DNA of 63,583 nt, the filler included, from Octopus bimaculoides (lineage: Eukaryota): NCBI RefSeq assembly GCF_001194135.2. It is 5 parts of 4 records of this genome, joined end to end, with 100 filler letters (N's around TTAATTAATTAA, not from the genome) between each part and the next. Parts side by side here need not be neighbours in the genome. Positions count along the whole stretch, not along the records: positions 49,582 to 62,124 come from NC_068982.1; positions 62,225 to 63,583 come from NC_068983.1; 3 more parts are not named here. One strand, written 5' to 3'. A model generated the notes under the pieces. That model was not told where the DNA came from and ran no database searches. It saw only the letters and a list, made by a program, of their open reading frames with translations. Below, in pieces: positions 61,930 to 63,583 of this stretch. Numbering within the stretch: position 1 is the stretch's first letter; every line of letters starts with the position of its first letter. A program made the position numbers and the translations under genes.

Positions 61930-62098
61930 GGTGCAGGCTTGGCTGTGTGGTACGAAGTTTGCTTCCTATCCAGATGCTTCCGGGTTCAGTCCCACTGCGT
62001 GACACCTTTAGCAGCTGTCTCCTATCATAGCCCTAGCCGATCAAAGCCTTAAGAATGAATTTGGTAGACAGGCGGGAATTGAAAAGAGCCCGTCGTAT
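61930..62098 (+). mobile_element. SINE-A 5' half
   Basis: GGCTGTGTGGTACGAAGTTTGCTTCC...GCCCGTCGTATA. Confidence 0.85.
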
Positions 62099-62288
62099 AT
62101 ATATATATATATATATATATATATNNNNNNNNNNNNNNNNNNNNNNNNNNNNNNNNNNNNNNNNNNNNTTAATTAATTAANNNNNNNNNNNNNNNNNNNN
62201 NNNNNNNNNNNNNNNNNNNNNNNNAAGTGCATTTTCAAACCTTCTTTCATATATATTTCCACTCGTACGGTATTCCACAACTTTACTT

Positions 62289-62326
<38 letters not shown>

Positions 62327-63246
62327 AGAATAAGAATAAGGAGAAAATGGGAAAATGGAGAGGTAATTAATAAAATATTATTTATTAATTATAAAATATG
62401 ACAACATCTCTGACAGGTGTTTCAATTCAGTAATCTTTAGATAATTAATTTATAAAATTAAAATCATTATAAGATGAATCTCTTCAGTGGTAGTAAAGAT
62501 ACACTGATTAGAAATACGTGTTGAGATAACAGCTGCAAACCATTAACTGATAGCAAATATACGAAAAGAGCCAGTTATACACCTCTTAAGAAAATTTATT
62601 TCAAGCCTTTATGGTAAAAAAAACAAAAACAATAAACTATTGGATAGGAGAGAATTTTAAAATTTCAGACATAGTGTTCCTTAAGAAAGAAAATAGAATT
62701 AAATATGCTAATAGACAAGTATAAGGGGATAAAAGATTTTTTTAGGATAATAAGCATTATGTAAGAGGAAATACTTATATATAAAAATAAATTGACAATA
62801 AAATAGAGTAAATGACATTGAATTATGTAAAATGCGTTCATGTATAGCAGGGATGTAGGGAAATATATATATATATATAAAGACAGAAAATCCAGAACAA
62901 ATTTAAAAAGGGGGCATATGTGAAAATGTAATCGGAGGTAATGATAATATATTTGTGTATTTAAGTGGTGAATTAGGAATCAGCTCAATATGGCATTAGT
63001 GTGGCACATTGTAGTACTAAATAAAATATAATAAATATAATATAATATAAAATATAAATAAATAAATAAAAACAATCAAGGATAAATAAACAAGTTAATG
63101 ATAAATCAGGATTAAGAGAGATATTTGCCTACATGTGTACGAGGAGTCTAACGCTTATAATTGGGGGAGGAAAGAAATAGATATAAACATAACTATATAG
63201 TTTGTATATAAGTAGACGTATTATATACTAGTTATTATATATGAAA

Positions 63247-63583
63247 CTAGCAGCTAAGCCCGGCTTCACCCGCTCAGAGAACGGCGCGAAGAGAGAAACG
63301 AAGACATAAAAAAGGGGAAGAAGTGGATACGAAGTGGTGTTTGGGTGACAGATCTTGGTAGAAAAAAAAGAATGTCATGGTGAGTTAGTAAGGAGAGCAA
63401 AGCAAGACTGGACTTACGTGGGCTGGCAGGATGATGAAAAAATTGCGGTGTTGAAATTGGAGCAGTTGAAGTTGCCGTTGTTATCATTAGAGTGCCTCTT
63501 GGTAGACAACATTCTTTGTCCTTTCCTCAGGTGCACAAATAGAAAGACCCTGGAGACAGCCAACATACAGTTGTGCGTGTGAG
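63247..63583 (-). mobile_element. 3' end of a Helitron: Pif1-type helicase C-terminus, 3'UTR and CTAG terminus
   Basis: Minus strand SHAQLYVGC...ICAPEERTKNVVYQEAL* (63487-63582) matches the Helitron pattern SHGQLYVA.SRV...AP..KTKNIVY.EAL. The terminus is GCGGGTGAAGCCGGGC...CTAG followed by T. Confidence 0.85.

Overview
This is animal (not prokaryotic) genomic DNA: AT-rich, full of microsatellites, and with many N gaps. The SINE and microsatellite landscape suggests an octopus or other coleoid cephalopod draft assembly; this is inferred from recall, not from a search. No complete host gene is present. There is one well-supported + strand internal coding exon (2540-2824, Pro/Ser-rich) and a few weaker exon candidates in the CpG-poor left third. 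The rest is a dense transposon graveyard. It holds about five SINE-like families and non-LTR retrotransposon relics of the RTE, R4/Dong, Tx1/L1, CRE-like, HERO-like and Penelope groups. It also holds DNA-transposon relics: Tigger/pogo, a hAT MITE, Merlin, a Helitron 3' end and a Helentron-type non-autonomous element. Three observations stand out. First, a short element joins a tRNA-derived Pol III head, an (AAT)n tract and a near-complete hammerhead-ribozyme fold (42303-42522), and a second minimal hammerhead sits at 54034-54066. Second, R4/Dong-like LINE ends repeatedly sit in (TAA)n tracts, twice in the tails of one SINE family. Third, two Tx1/L1-like elements lie in tandem, and each has lost most of ORF2. 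Most ORFs in the supplied track are microsatellite or gap artefacts. Family names (SINE-A to SINE-E) are local labels. Boundaries are approximate unless a TSD or splice site is quoted.
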